Positions 31,498 through 40,224 of a stretch of 40,224 bases of DNA are shown one piece after another. This DNA comes from a virus (Duplodnaviria; Heunggongvirae; Uroviricota; Caudoviricetes): IMG/VR virus record IMGVR_UViG_2734482777_000019; one strand, given 5' to 3'. A program made the translations under genes and the position numbers. A model generated the notes under the pieces. The model searched no databases. It was not told the DNA's origin and saw only the letters and a list, made by a program, of their open reading frames with translations. How positions within the stretch are numbered: position 1 is the first letter of the stretch; each line of letters begins with the position of its first letter.

Positions 31498-31770
31498 CTA
31501 CCTGCCTTGACGAAAGACCTTAAGAACATCGTTAAACTGACTTACGGATATGTCTTCTTTGAGAAGCTTTTCCAGAAATGCGTTTGGAATGAACGTATAT
31601 CCCTCCTCTTTTGGTAGAGACGGGAGCAACGCCCTCGCCTCAGCCTTAAGAAGCTCAGTTCTGGCAACTTTCACAAAAGAGATTTGAGTTCTTTCATCAA
31701 TGGAACGAAGGAAGCGCAAACGCTTAGCTTCTTTGTGTGTATCAGGTGGATTAAAGCCTTTGTTTCGCAT
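31498..31770 (-). CDS. Hypothetical protein between cII and the initiator gene
   Basis: 90-aa product from internal Met (MRNKGFNPPD...) preceded by GAGG Shine-Dalgarno; the longer track ORF overlaps cII out of frame. Confidence 0.5.
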   Translation of the reverse strand: MRNKGFNPPDTHKEAKRLRFLRSIDERTQISFVKVARTELLKAEARALLPSLPKEEGYTFIPNAFLEKLLKEDISVSQFNDVLKVFRQGR

Positions 31771-31792
31771 ATAATTACCTCGTTGGATGTTG

Positions 31793-32086
31793 TTAAAATT
31801 CCATTTGTATTTGATCAGAACGCTCGGTTGCCGCCGGGCGTTTTTTATTGGTGAGAATCGAAGCAACTTGTCGTGCCAATCGAGCCATGTCGTCGTCGAC
31901 AACACCCCATTCAAGAACAGCAAGCAGCATTGAGAACTTTGGAATCCAGTCCCTCTTCCACCTGCTGATCTGCGACTTATCAACTCCCACAGCTTCCGCT
32001 GTCTTCTCAGTTCCAAGCATTGCGATTTTGTTAAGCAACGCACTCTCGATTCGTAGAGCCTCGTTGCGTTTGTTTGCACGAACCAT
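31793..32086 (-). CDS. cII: Transcriptional activator CII
   Basis: MVRANKRNEALRIESALLNKIAMLGTEKTAEAVGVDKSQISRWKRDWIPKFSMLLAVLEWGVVDDDMARLARQVA...QIQMEF, essentially identical to lambda CII. Confidence 0.95.
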   Translation of the reverse strand: MVRANKRNEALRIESALLNKIAMLGTEKTAEAVGVDKSQISRWKRDWIPKFSMLLAVLEWGVVDDDMARLARQVASILTNKKRPAATERSDQIQMEF

Positions 32087-32145
32087 ATGTAAGTATTTCC
32101 TTAACAAATAAGAAGTTATGCGCATCAACTTATGCGCGTTGTATT

Positions 32146-32188
32146 CCCGCATTTCGGCAGGAATGAGGACCATGACTGTTAAAGAGCG
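32146..32188 (-). promoter_or_regulatory. nutR candidate (boxA cgctctttaaca; boxB hairpin cctgccgaaatgcggg)
   Basis: rrn-like boxA followed by a hairpin whose core gccgaaatgcggga is repeated in the nutL position. Confidence 0.55.
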
Positions 32189-32195
32189 GTGTTAC

Positions 32196-32405
<210 letters not shown>

Positions 32406-32422
32406 TTAGTACATGCAATCAT

Positions 32423-32486
32423 TATCACCGCTAGAGGTAAAATAGTCAACACGCACGGTGTTAGATATTTATCCCTTGCGGTGATA
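32423..32486. promoter_or_regulatory. Right operator OR1-OR2-OR3 with divergent PR/PRM promoters (lambda type)
   Basis: OR1 tatcaccgctagaggta (32423-32439), OR2 caacacgcacggtgtta (32447-32463), OR3 tatcccttgcggtgata (32470-32486). Confidence 0.9.
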
Positions 32487-32493
32487 GATTTAA

Positions 32494-33210
<717 letters not shown>

Positions 33211-33241
33211 TTCAACGCAGCAAAAAAGGGTAATTCAATTA

Positions 33242-34114
33242 ATGGAACATGATGATTTACAGCAATTACCATCCCCATTCGCAAAATGGAAGGGGAAGAT
33301 CGACTTAGGTGGTGAAAGTATTGATTGCTATGTGCTTGACACTGGACATCGTGTTATAGCTTTGCGAGCAACTGTAAAAGCAATTGCCAATGCGGAGTCA
33401 GGAGACCTGGCTAAATTTATTGGCGTTAGCTCACTTAATGGCTTTATAGACAAAGACTTAGTCCTGGCCGAACTCATAGAGTTTTCCATACCAGGAACCC
33501 AATTTAAAAGCCAAGGACTTAAGACTGAGCAATTTGAATTGATTTGTCGCGGCTATGTACAGGCGCTATACAAAGGCGCGCCATTGACAGATAGACAGCG
33601 AGAAATAGCAATTAAATGTGCTGTATTAACAGCAGGTTTAACCAGGACTGGGTTAGATGCTCTAATTGATGAGGCTACTGGGTATCAGTATGAGCGCGCA
33701 GAGGATGCTCTCCAAGTAAAACTCAGGGCGTTCATCGCTGAGGAACTAAGAGCATGGGAAAAAACATTTCCTGATGAGTTATGGGAAGAATTTGGTAGAT
33801 TGACAGGATGGAGTACCCCATTGCAATCAAGGCCCAAATGGTGGGGGAAATTAGTTATAGAGTTAATTTATGACACTCTTGACGAAGATGTGGCTAAATA
33901 TCTTAAAGAAAACAAGCCTGCGGCAGGAGTTCACTGGCATAGACAGTTAACCGAGAACCTAGGTGTAAGGCAGCTTGTATCAAGGTGCTGGGAGGTTATT
34001 GGGGTCGCAAAAACATGCGACACCATGCATGAGCTAAGAAGTCGAGTTGCTCAACACTATGGAAAGAAACCTGTTCAAATGACAATGTATTTACCGGAAA
34101 AAGAAATTAAATAA
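33242..34114 (+). CDS. Hypothetical protein in the rexAB-equivalent position downstream of cI (candidate lysogen-expressed exclusion/defence gene)
   Basis: 290-aa product from Met 31 nt after the cI stop; no resemblance to RexA/RexB; AT-rich relative to cI; followed by an intrinsic terminator before OL/PL. Confidence 0.65.
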   Translation: MEHDDLQQLPSPFAKWKGKIDLGGESIDCYVLDTGHRVIALRATVKAIANAESGDLAKFIGVSSLNGFIDKDLVLAELIEFSIPGTQFKSQGLKTEQFELICRGYVQALYKGAPLTDRQREIAIKCAVLTAGLTRTGLDALIDEATGYQYERAEDALQVKLRAFIAEELRAWEKTFPDELWEEFGRLTGWSTPLQSRPKWWGKLVIELIYDTLDEDVAKYLKENKPAAGVHWHRQLTENLGVRQLVSRCWEVIGVAKTCDTMHELRSRVAQHYGKKPVQMTMYLPEKEIK

Positions 34115-34121
34115 TATACAA

Positions 34122-34147
34122 CCCGGCCTCAGCGCCGGGTTTTCTTT
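34122..34147 (+). terminator. Intrinsic terminator closing the cI operon (timm-equivalent)
   Basis: cccggc-ctcagc-gccggg hairpin followed by TTTTCTTT. Confidence 0.65.
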
Positions 34148-34302
34148 GCCTCACGATCGCCCCACCTAAAAACACATAACCAATTGTATTTATTTTAAAA
34201 TTAATAGATACAACTCACTAAACATCGCAATTCAGTTCTCTCGATCACCTTCCCAATCCACACAACCCTGCAAAAAATAAATCTATATAAAAAACATACA
34301 GA

Positions 34303-34366
34303 TAACCATCTGCGGTGATAAATTATCTCTGGCGGTGTTGACACGCATACCACTAGCGGTGATACT
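34303..34366. promoter_or_regulatory. Left operator OL1-OL3 and promoter PL (lambda type)
   Basis: tatctctggcggtgTTGACA...taccactagcggtGATACTaaacacatcagcaggacgc matches lambda PL/OL. Confidence 0.88.
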
Positions 34367-34412
34367 AAACACATCAGCAGGACGCTGGTAGCCAAACGGA
34401 ACAGATTGGCAG

Positions 34413-34452
34413 GCTCTTTAACATTGATGGGATTGTCCCGCCGAAATGCGGG
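34413..34452 (+). promoter_or_regulatory. nutL candidate (boxA gctctttaaca; boxB hairpin cccgccgaaatgcggg)
   Basis: boxA-like element ~40 nt downstream of the PL start followed by a 5-bp stem hairpin sharing gccgaaatgcggga with the nutR candidate. Confidence 0.55.
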
Positions 34453-34766
34453 AACCAAAGAGTAGTTGGCTTTGGGGTGACGTGAAGTGCAGCTGCACGA
34501 CGGCAACCGGAAGATAAGCACCCGGCGCGTCACCGCCAAAGTCAATTCCATAGGCGTTATGCAGCCGCCACCATATTCAAGAAAGCTGCACAAGAGGTAG
34601 GAGGATTTATGTGAATACTTACATTCAATTGAGAGATTAATTAAATAGAACTGATCGAGCAGAGTCCATAAAGGCTCATAAATGCTCTTCCATCCCCGTC
34701 TAATTGGCGGGGAAGGAAACCACTTTGTAATAAAAAAATTCCAAAGTTGTTTCATCGGAGGTCAAC

Positions 34767-35072
34767 ATGACAGTAGTCATTACATATCTGGCTGACGATA
34801 ACGCCAGAAATCGCCGCAGAGCACGCAGACAGGCTCAACGTGAACAGGCAATGCAAGAACAGCGACTGGCGCGAAAGATTGCGCTAAAGCTCTCTGGTTG
34901 CGTCAGAGCAGACAAAGCAGCATCACTCGGAAGCCTTCGCTGCAAGAAGGTAGTAGAAGTCGAGCGTAAACAGAACCGTATTTACTACCGGAAGCCACGG
35001 AGTGAAATGGGTGTGACTTGCTCAGGCCGCCAGAAGCAACGCGGAAAATCAATTCCAGCTTATTACGATTGA
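34767..35072 (+). CDS. N: Antiterminator N (phage 21-like body with divergent N-terminal arginine-rich motif)
   Basis: 101 aa; N-terminal ARM DNARNRRRARRQAQREQ; central and C-terminal segments (ARKIALKLSGCVRADKAASLGSLRCKK...KQNRIYYRKPRSEMGVTCSGRQKQRGKSIP) resemble phage 21 N and the lambda N C-terminus. Confidence 0.88.
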   Translation: MTVVITYLADDNARNRRRARRQAQREQAMQEQRLARKIALKLSGCVRADKAASLGSLRCKKVVEVERKQNRIYYRKPRSEMGVTCSGRQKQRGKSIPAYYD

Positions 35073-35274
35073 GGTGAGCCATGCTCAAGAAAGTCAAACG
35101 CCGACTTTACAAAGAAGGTAGATATTCATGCCAATTGCCAAAATGCGACACAACAAAATGGAGTGTCGATGATTGGTGTAACTGGATAGATAGATACGGA
35201 ACTTGGTGGGATAAATAACAGGTAACTTAAGCGGATTTATTTTCGCAGCAAACCACTTATTTGAGGACTGATAC

Positions 35275-35517
35275 ATGAGAGTAAAAACTATGGGCGCAAG
35301 CCCATTAAGTGGTCGTATTTTTCAAGGAACATTAAACACTGAAAAAGGAATGTGGGTGGGAGAGAAAGAAGATGTAACCGAACAGGCAGTTAAGGCAGTA
35401 GCTGAACACCTGATGATAAAAGACCAGAAATACGCATACGAAACGAAGGATGGCAAATGGCTGATAATAAGCCATCAACTGGTTGATAAATTACCAGAAG
35501 ATTTTATTGCTGATTAA
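35275..35517 (+). CDS. Hypothetical early protein
   Basis: 80-aa ORF in the PL operon. Confidence 0.5.
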   Translation: MRVKTMGASPLSGRIFQGTLNTEKGMWVGEKEDVTEQAVKAVAEHLMIKDQKYAYETKDGKWLIISHQLVDKLPEDFIAD

Positions 35518-35589
35518 ATTCACTTTGGAAATAACAACAGAATAAACACTGCACTGTGTATTCATTCCAACGAGTGAATACACGGAGCA

Positions 35590-35823
35590 ATGTCGCTCGT
35601 AACTAAACAGGAGCCGACTTGTTCTGATTATTGGAAATCATTCCTTGATAGTCTTGCCGCTCTATATGGGCGGCATTCTTTTGGTCTGGAGAAAAATATG
35701 GAATACGAATTAATGAGAGTAATTGATTTTATCAGCGCGAAATGGGCTGAATTCGAAGCATTTTGTGAAGACAACGGAGACAACCCGGACGACATCATTG
35801 ATGTTCTTGAAAAGAATCAATAG
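35590..35823 (+). CDS. Hypothetical early protein (acidic)
   Basis: 77-aa ORF in the PL operon. Confidence 0.5.
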   Translation: MSLVTKQEPTCSDYWKSFLDSLAALYGRHSFGLEKNMEYELMRVIDFISAKWAEFEAFCEDNGDNPDDIIDVLEKNQ

Positions 35824-35913
35824 CAAATAGCCGCCTGTTGGCGGCTTTACCGCATACCAATAACGCTTTACTCAAGGCGTTTTTGTTATGCAATCAAATA
35901 TAAGGAGTTACCC

Positions 35914-36048
35914 ATGATGCACTTTCAGCTCGCGGGTAGCGGCGTCATGTCCGCTTTCTACCCGCACGAATCTGAATTATCACGCCGAGTTAAACAATTA
36001 ATCAGAGCAGCAAAGAAACAACTGGAGGCGTTATGCGCAATGAAATAG
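35914..36048 (+). CDS. Small hypothetical protein (44 aa)
   Basis: Not in ORF track; ATG 7 nt after TAAGGAG; stop overlaps next start. Confidence 0.35.
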   Translation: MMHFQLAGSGVMSAFYPHESELSRRVKQLIRAAKKQLEALCAMK

Positions 36049-36185
36049 CCATCAATCACCAGATGCTTCGTGCTGCACAAAACAAAGCAGTAATAGCCAG
36101 ATTTATTGGTGATTCCAAAATGTGGTTTGAAGCAAATAAAGCGATGAAATCAGCTATCAACCTTCCGTGGTATCGCAGGAAATGA
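36033..36185 (+). CDS. Small protein, possibly Kil-like (50 aa)
   Basis: Not in ORF track; GGAGG Shine-Dalgarno; contains an ...ARFIGDSKMWFEANKAM... segment reminiscent of lambda Kil; uncertain. Confidence 0.4.
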   Translation: MRNEIAINHQMLRAAQNKAVIARFIGDSKMWFEANKAMKSAINLPWYRRK

Positions 36186-36260
36186 GTTTTACAGATAACT
36201 GGTCAGACGAAGAATTCATTCGTCAGATGAAAGATTTAATCGGTAACGAAGGAGATATTC

Positions 36261-36431
36261 ATGTCACTTGCAACCACAGTGAAGGAGAGCAAGTTACAGA
36301 GACGCATGTACACGCAGCAGGCGTTAATGTATCGCCAGAAGGGAGATCGTGAAGGTGTTCGCGTATTTTTAAATGCGGCAAAGACTGAAGTATTAAATCA
36401 GCGTTATTTACTTGGGCCATGTCCATTCTGA
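36261..36431 (+). CDS. Small hypothetical protein (56 aa)
   Basis: Not in ORF track; AAGGAG 7 nt upstream of ATG; ends 10 nt before the erf start. Confidence 0.35.
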   Translation: MSLATTVKESKLQRRMYTQQALMYRQKGDREGVRVFLNAAKTEVLNQRYLLGPCPF

Positions 36432-36441
36432 GAACAAACAT

Positions 36442-37047
36442 ATGAGCAAAGAATTTTACGCAAGACTGGCAGCTATTCAGGAGAATCTGAACGCGCCAAA
36501 AAATCAGTACAACTCATTCGGTAAATATAAATACAGAAGCTGCGAAGATATTCTTGAAGGTGTTAAACCGTTACTGAATGGCCTGTTTTTATCAATCAGC
36601 GATGAAGTTGTGTTGATTGGTGATCGGTATTACGTGAAAGCCACGGCAACTATTACCGATGGCGAAAACAGTCATACGGCAACCGCTCTTGCACGAGAGG
36701 AAGAAAGCAAGAAAGGAATGGATTCTGCACAAGTTACGGGAGCTACAAGCTCTTATGCACGCAAGTATTGCCTCAATGGTTTATTCGGCATTGATGATGC
36801 GAAAGATGCAGATACAGACGAGCATAAACATCAGCAGAACGCAGCAGCAAAGCAATCAAAACCATCACCTACACCTGAACAGGTTCTAAAAGCATTCACT
36901 GACGCAGCAATGCAGAAAAACAACGTGGAAGAGCTTAAACAGGCGTTCGCCAAAGCGTGGAAGATGCTCGAAGGCACACCGGAGCAGCACAAAGCGCAGG
37001 ACGTTTACAACATCAGACGAGATGAATTAGAAGGAGCGGCTGCTTAA
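36442..37047 (+). CDS. erf: Erf single-strand annealing recombinase
   Basis: From internal Met: MSKEFYARLAAIQENLNAPKNQYNSFGKYKYRSCEDILEGVKPLL...DRYYVKATATITDGENSH..., closely matching P22 Erf. Confidence 0.9.
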   Translation: MSKEFYARLAAIQENLNAPKNQYNSFGKYKYRSCEDILEGVKPLLNGLFLSISDEVVLIGDRYYVKATATITDGENSHTATALAREEESKKGMDSAQVTGATSSYARKYCLNGLFGIDDAKDADTDEHKHQQNAAAKQSKPSPTPEQVLKAFTDAAMQKNNVEELKQAFAKAWKMLEGTPEQHKAQDVYNIRRDELEGAAA

Positions 37048-37430
37048 TGGCACATTCGATTACTGTAAGACTAAACAAGCCCGCAAGAGAGTTTCAGGCC
37101 GGGGAAAATATCGGATTCAACATCCGTGCTGGCGTTCAGTATTACGATCGCCAGACAAAAAAGAAAGAATGGACAAACTACAGCGCCGTTGTATTTGCCA
37201 AGCCGGGAGCGCAAGCGGATTACTACCGTAGTGTTCTTGTTGAAGGTGGAATTGTAGAAATTACCGGAGAAAACATCAGGGTTGATGTTTATCAGGGGCA
37301 AAATGGTCAATCAATCACTCTTGAATTACTGAATGCAAAGATTGGATTTGCAACTTCAGGAAACAGCCAACAGCAACAAAGTAGCAATCATCAAAATCAT
37401 CCTGAATACGACGATTCAATTCCCTTCTAA
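37047..37430 (+). CDS. ssb: Single-stranded DNA-binding protein (SSB-like)
   Basis: 127 aa, OB-fold-like body, Gln-rich linker and acidic C-terminal tail ending DDSIPF as in SSB proteins. Confidence 0.75.
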   Translation: MAHSITVRLNKPAREFQAGENIGFNIRAGVQYYDRQTKKKEWTNYSAVVFAKPGAQADYYRSVLVEGGIVEITGENIRVDVYQGQNGQSITLELLNAKIGFATSGNSQQQQSSNHQNHPEYDDSIPF

Positions 37431-37453
37431 ATTAGCAAAATAAGGATTCCATT

Positions 37454-37750
37454 ATGCCAGCGCCTCTGTATGGTGCGGATGACCCGCGCAATTGCTCCGG
37501 TAGCTCCAAGGCGGAGGTGCTGGAAAATATCAAAAACAATTTCGACGCGTTTCTTGCTCTGACACCAGAAACAAAAGCAGAACGGATGTACCGACGCGAT
37601 ATACAACTCGCGCTAAAACAGGAGAAGGACCGAACAAACGAAACAGCAATGAGACCGTTGCGAAAAGCGACAATAGACAAATTCCCTGAATATATCGACC
37701 CGCGCCTGCGTAATTACCGCTCACGCTATGGCGCTATCAGTAATGACTGA
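37454..37750 (+). CDS. Hypothetical early protein
   Basis: 98-aa ORF. Confidence 0.5.
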   Translation: MPAPLYGADDPRNCSGSSKAEVLENIKNNFDAFLALTPETKAERMYRRDIQLALKQEKDRTNETAMRPLRKATIDKFPEYIDPRLRNYRSRYGAISND

Positions 37751-37760
37751 GGAATTTACC

Positions 37761-37925
37761 ATGAGAGGACTTGCATACAATCCCGGCATTCTTCCGGCAG
37801 AAATGATTATTCGCCAACGCGTAAAGCCAATGCCATCGAGAGAGGAATTGCTTAAGAGAAATTCTTTTCCATCAGTGAATCAAAACAAATATCTGAATGC
37901 GATGTTACGGAGTGGGAAGAAATGA
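37761..37925 (+). CDS. Small hypothetical protein
   Basis: Track ORF 37728..37925 trimmed to Met preceded by GAGG; stop overlaps next start. Confidence 0.4.
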   Translation: MRGLAYNPGILPAEMIIRQRVKPMPSREELLKRNSFPSVNQNKYLNAMLRSGKK

Positions 37926-38407
37926 AACTAATGTCACTAATTGAGATGGATGGTTTTCTGAAAGGTAAATGCATCCCAAGTGATTTAAAGGTTAACGAAA
38001 CAAACGCTGAATATCTGGTGCGTAAATTTGCTGAAGCGGAGGCCAAGTGCGCGGCGCTGGCGGCGGAGAATGCGGGGCTGAAGTCTGGCGCTATGGACGA
38101 AATCAAGGTTATCAACCGTGGAGGTCAGGCATATTGCGTAAAAGATGGAGTGCGAGTTAATCCCATGTATGCAAGAGGGTGGAATGACTATCGCGCAAAG
38201 TCTCTGCAATCAGACACCCCAGCCACCGATGCTTTCCTGGCTGAAGTCCGGGCGCAGGGGGTTGAGATGCTGGCAAAAAATCATCAGAGTATCGTCAATG
38301 CACTTAAGGGAGATTCTTTATTTTCTGATGGTGAATGCCGACATGCAGCTATTGTTTCCGCAGCTGTATATTTCGCTGCAGAGCTTCGCAAAGGAGGCTG
38401 TAAGTGA
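37922..38407 (+). CDS. Hypothetical early protein
   Basis: 161-aa ORF, translationally coupled to neighbours. Confidence 0.55.
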   Translation: MKLMSLIEMDGFLKGKCIPSDLKVNETNAEYLVRKFAEAEAKCAALAAENAGLKSGAMDEIKVINRGGQAYCVKDGVRVNPMYARGWNDYRAKSLQSDTPATDAFLAEVRAQGVEMLAKNHQSIVNALKGDSLFSDGECRHAAIVSAAVYFAAELRKGGCK

Positions 38408-39102
38408 GCGAAATTAATTATCAGGCACTGCGTGAGATAGCAAAACAGGCAACACCGGGCGAATGGGTCGCATTTATTTCGTCTGGTACTGGTACGTATG
38501 CGGTGCATACGCCCGGTGATAAACGATGTGAAGACGTTATCAAATGGACCGGCTTTGATGGACAGAAAAACGCAGAGAACAACGCTCGTTATATCGCAGC
38601 TTTCAACCCTGAAGTAGTGCAGGCGCTACTGGATGAACGGGAAAGAAACCAGCAATACATCAAACGCCGCGACCAGGAGAACGAGGAGATTGCGTTAACG
38701 GTAGGGAAGTTGCGCGTTGAGCTGGAAGCCGCAGAGAACAACCTTATTGATAGTGAGTGCCATGTTGCTGAACTGGAAGAAGCGCTACGCGATAAGCAGG
38801 CGTTACTTGAAGCATCAGAGAAGCGCATAGCAAAACTGGAAGCGCGGGAAATAAAACCAGCCAAAGGCGAAGTTCTTGTCGTTGTTTCTGGTTTTACTGG
38901 TTGCGGAAAAAGCGCCATTGCCGGGGAAATAGAAATCGCGATGAAGGCTATTGGTGTACCGGTTCAGTGGACTAATGGCGATGCGGAAAAGCGCATGGCA
39001 GGAGCTGACTGGCTGACAGCGATTGAGATGTACAAACCAACAGTGCGCATCGTGGAAGTTAATGTGCCACGCGCCGCTGGCATTCGCATCAAAGGAGAGT
39101 GA
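38404..39102 (+). CDS. Ead/Ea22-like protein
   Basis: 232 aa with coiled-coil middle; resembles the Ead/Ea22 family common in lambdoid early-left operons. Confidence 0.65.
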   Translation: MSEINYQALREIAKQATPGEWVAFISSGTGTYAVHTPGDKRCEDVIKWTGFDGQKNAENNARYIAAFNPEVVQALLDERERNQQYIKRRDQENEEIALTVGKLRVELEAAENNLIDSECHVAELEEALRDKQALLEASEKRIAKLEAREIKPAKGEVLVVVSGFTGCGKSAIAGEIEIAMKAIGVPVQWTNGDAEKRMAGADWLTAIEMYKPTVRIVEVNVPRAAGIRIKGE

Positions 39103-39103
39103 T

Positions 39104-39697
39104 ATGAGCACTATCACTAAAGAACGTATCGAATTGTTCATTAAATCCCCGCTTGAAAACGGGCTTACCCGTGGCGAACAAATGGAACTGGCACGAATTG
39201 CACTGGCATCGCTTGAGGCAAAACCAATAGGTGCATTCCACATTGCAGAACAGCAAGTTGACGGCACAAGTGACTACCTCAAGGATGGAGAATGGCCTAT
39301 TGATAATGGAATTATTGAGGTCTACGCCGCCCCACCCATTCCAGTAGTACCTGAAGAAAAACCAATGCCTAACCCTCTTAAAATGTACGCGGTCGATGCT
39401 GTTGCCGCTATTGCAGAGGTGAGAGGCTGGAACGCCTGTCGTGCCGCCATGCTTCAGAGTCAAGATAGTGGCATTAAGGATAGCTGGATAAGCTGTAGTG
39501 AGCGAATGCCAGAAATTAGACAAACAGTTATTGGATGGAATGGATATGCAGTTAGACAATGCGTATATACAAGGAATGAATATGCCAAGACACAGAAAGG
39601 CAGAGAGCCAAGGTTTGAAACCTCAACTGGTATATGGCATGGAGTAACCCACTGGATGCCGCTACCAGAACCGCCTCAGGAGGTAAACCGTGGCTAA
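39104..39697 (+). CDS. Hypothetical early protein
   Basis: 197-aa product from Met preceded by AAAGGAGAG directly after the upstream stop. Confidence 0.55.
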   Translation: MSTITKERIELFIKSPLENGLTRGEQMELARIALASLEAKPIGAFHIAEQQVDGTSDYLKDGEWPIDNGIIEVYAAPPIPVVPEEKPMPNPLKMYAVDAVAAIAEVRGWNACRAAMLQSQDSGIKDSWISCSERMPEIRQTVIGWNGYAVRQCVYTRNEYAKTQKGREPRFETSTGIWHGVTHWMPLPEPPQEVNRG

Positions 39698-39797
39698 CCT
39701 GCAACTTGCCGTCAAAGGTGAATAACAATCCTCGCACTCGCGGGGATTTCTTTTATCTGAACTCGCTACGGCGAGTTTTGTTTTATGGAGATGATAA

Positions 39798-39965
39798 ATG
39801 CACTTCCGAGTCACAGGTGAATGGAATGGAGAGCCATTCGACAGGGTTATCGAAGCAGAGGACATCAACGACTGCTATAACCACTGGATGATATGGGCGC
39901 AGATAGCGCATGCAGACGTAACAAATATTCGAATTGAAGAACTGAAAGAACACCAAGCCGCCTGA
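39798..39965 (+). CDS. Small hypothetical protein (55 aa)
   Basis: Not in ORF track; GGAG upstream; stop lies inside the downstream terminator. Confidence 0.4.
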   Translation: MHFRVTGEWNGEPFDRVIEAEDINDCYNHWMIWAQIAHADVTNIRIEELKEHQAA

Positions 39966-39978
39966 TGGCGGTTTTTTT
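39957..39978 (+). terminator. Intrinsic terminator upstream of xis
   Basis: gccgcc-tgat-ggcggt hairpin followed by a 7-nt T-run. Confidence 0.6.
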
Positions 39979-40023
39979 ATTGCCTGATTTGCAGGTTCGA
40001 TTCCCTATTCGGAGATAGCACTC

Positions 40024-40224
40024 ATGCAACACGAACTACAACCTGATTCACTGGTTGATTTGAAATTCATCATGGCCGATACTGGCTTTGGTAAAACCTT
40101 CATCTATGACCGGATTAAGTCCGGCGACCTGCCAAAAGCCAAAGTTATCCACGGGCGAGCAAGATGGTTATATCGTGACCATTGTGAATTCAAAAATAAG
40201 CTCTTAAGCCGCGCCAATGGGTAA
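40024..40224 (+). CDS. xis: Excisionase / AlpA-family HTH regulator
   Basis: 66-aa ORF with AlpA-like HTH; its stop abuts the int ATG at position 1 when the window is circularised. Confidence 0.7.
   Translation: MQHELQPDSLVDLKFIMADTGFGKTFIYDRIKSGDLPKAKVIHGRARWLYRDHCEFKNKLLSRANG

Noticed and set aside
31848-32111. 87-aa plus-strand ORF
   Set aside because: Antisense to cII, which is essentially identical to lambda CII.
34201-34755. 184-aa minus-strand ORF
   Set aside because: It spans OL/PL, nutL and the N leader antisense to the early-left transcript; product is Cys/Trp-rich and low-complexity with no ribosome-binding site; judged a chance open frame.
35080-35121. ORF with strong GAGGTGAG Shine-Dalgarno just after the N stop
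   Set aside because: On careful reading it terminates after 13 codons; my first read as a 44-aa gene dropped a base.

Overview
The window reads as a complete, circularly permuted genome (about 40.2 kb) of a mosaic temperate P22-like podophage from an enterobacterium; it opens on the integrase start codon and closes on the stop of an AlpA-type excisionase, so xis-int are contiguous across the ends. Identifications rest on reading the translated ORFs and recalling well-known phage proteins; no database search was run. Layout: int, an O-antigen-type acyltransferase moron, then on the minus strand tailspike, the immI module (ant, arc, Mnt and Arc operators, mnt on plus), ejection proteins gp16/gp20/gp7, gp14, tail needle gp26, gp10, gp4, coat, scaffold, portal, TerL, TerS, a lambda-identical lysis cassette (S, R, Rz/Rz1) with lambda tR', two tRNA genes (Asn, Thr), Q, a nin region (NinI phosphatase, NinH, NinG, Rha/KilAC, NinF, NinE, MT-A70 methyltransferase, NinB), DnaB-type helicase, an O-like initiator with internal iterons, then a lambda immunity region (cII, nutR, cro, OR1-3, cI, OL/PL) followed on the plus strand by a phage-21-like N, erf, ssb, Ead/Ea22-like and small early genes. 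The strongest candidate for something undescribed is a 290-aa AT-rich ORF directly downstream of cI, in the position lambda uses for rexAB and ending at an intrinsic terminator just before OL/PL. A second candidate is a pair of signal-peptide proteins translationally coupled to mnt. ORF coordinates come from the supplied track with start codons adjusted by codon arithmetic; coordinates of non-coding features were counted by hand and may be off by 1-2 nt.
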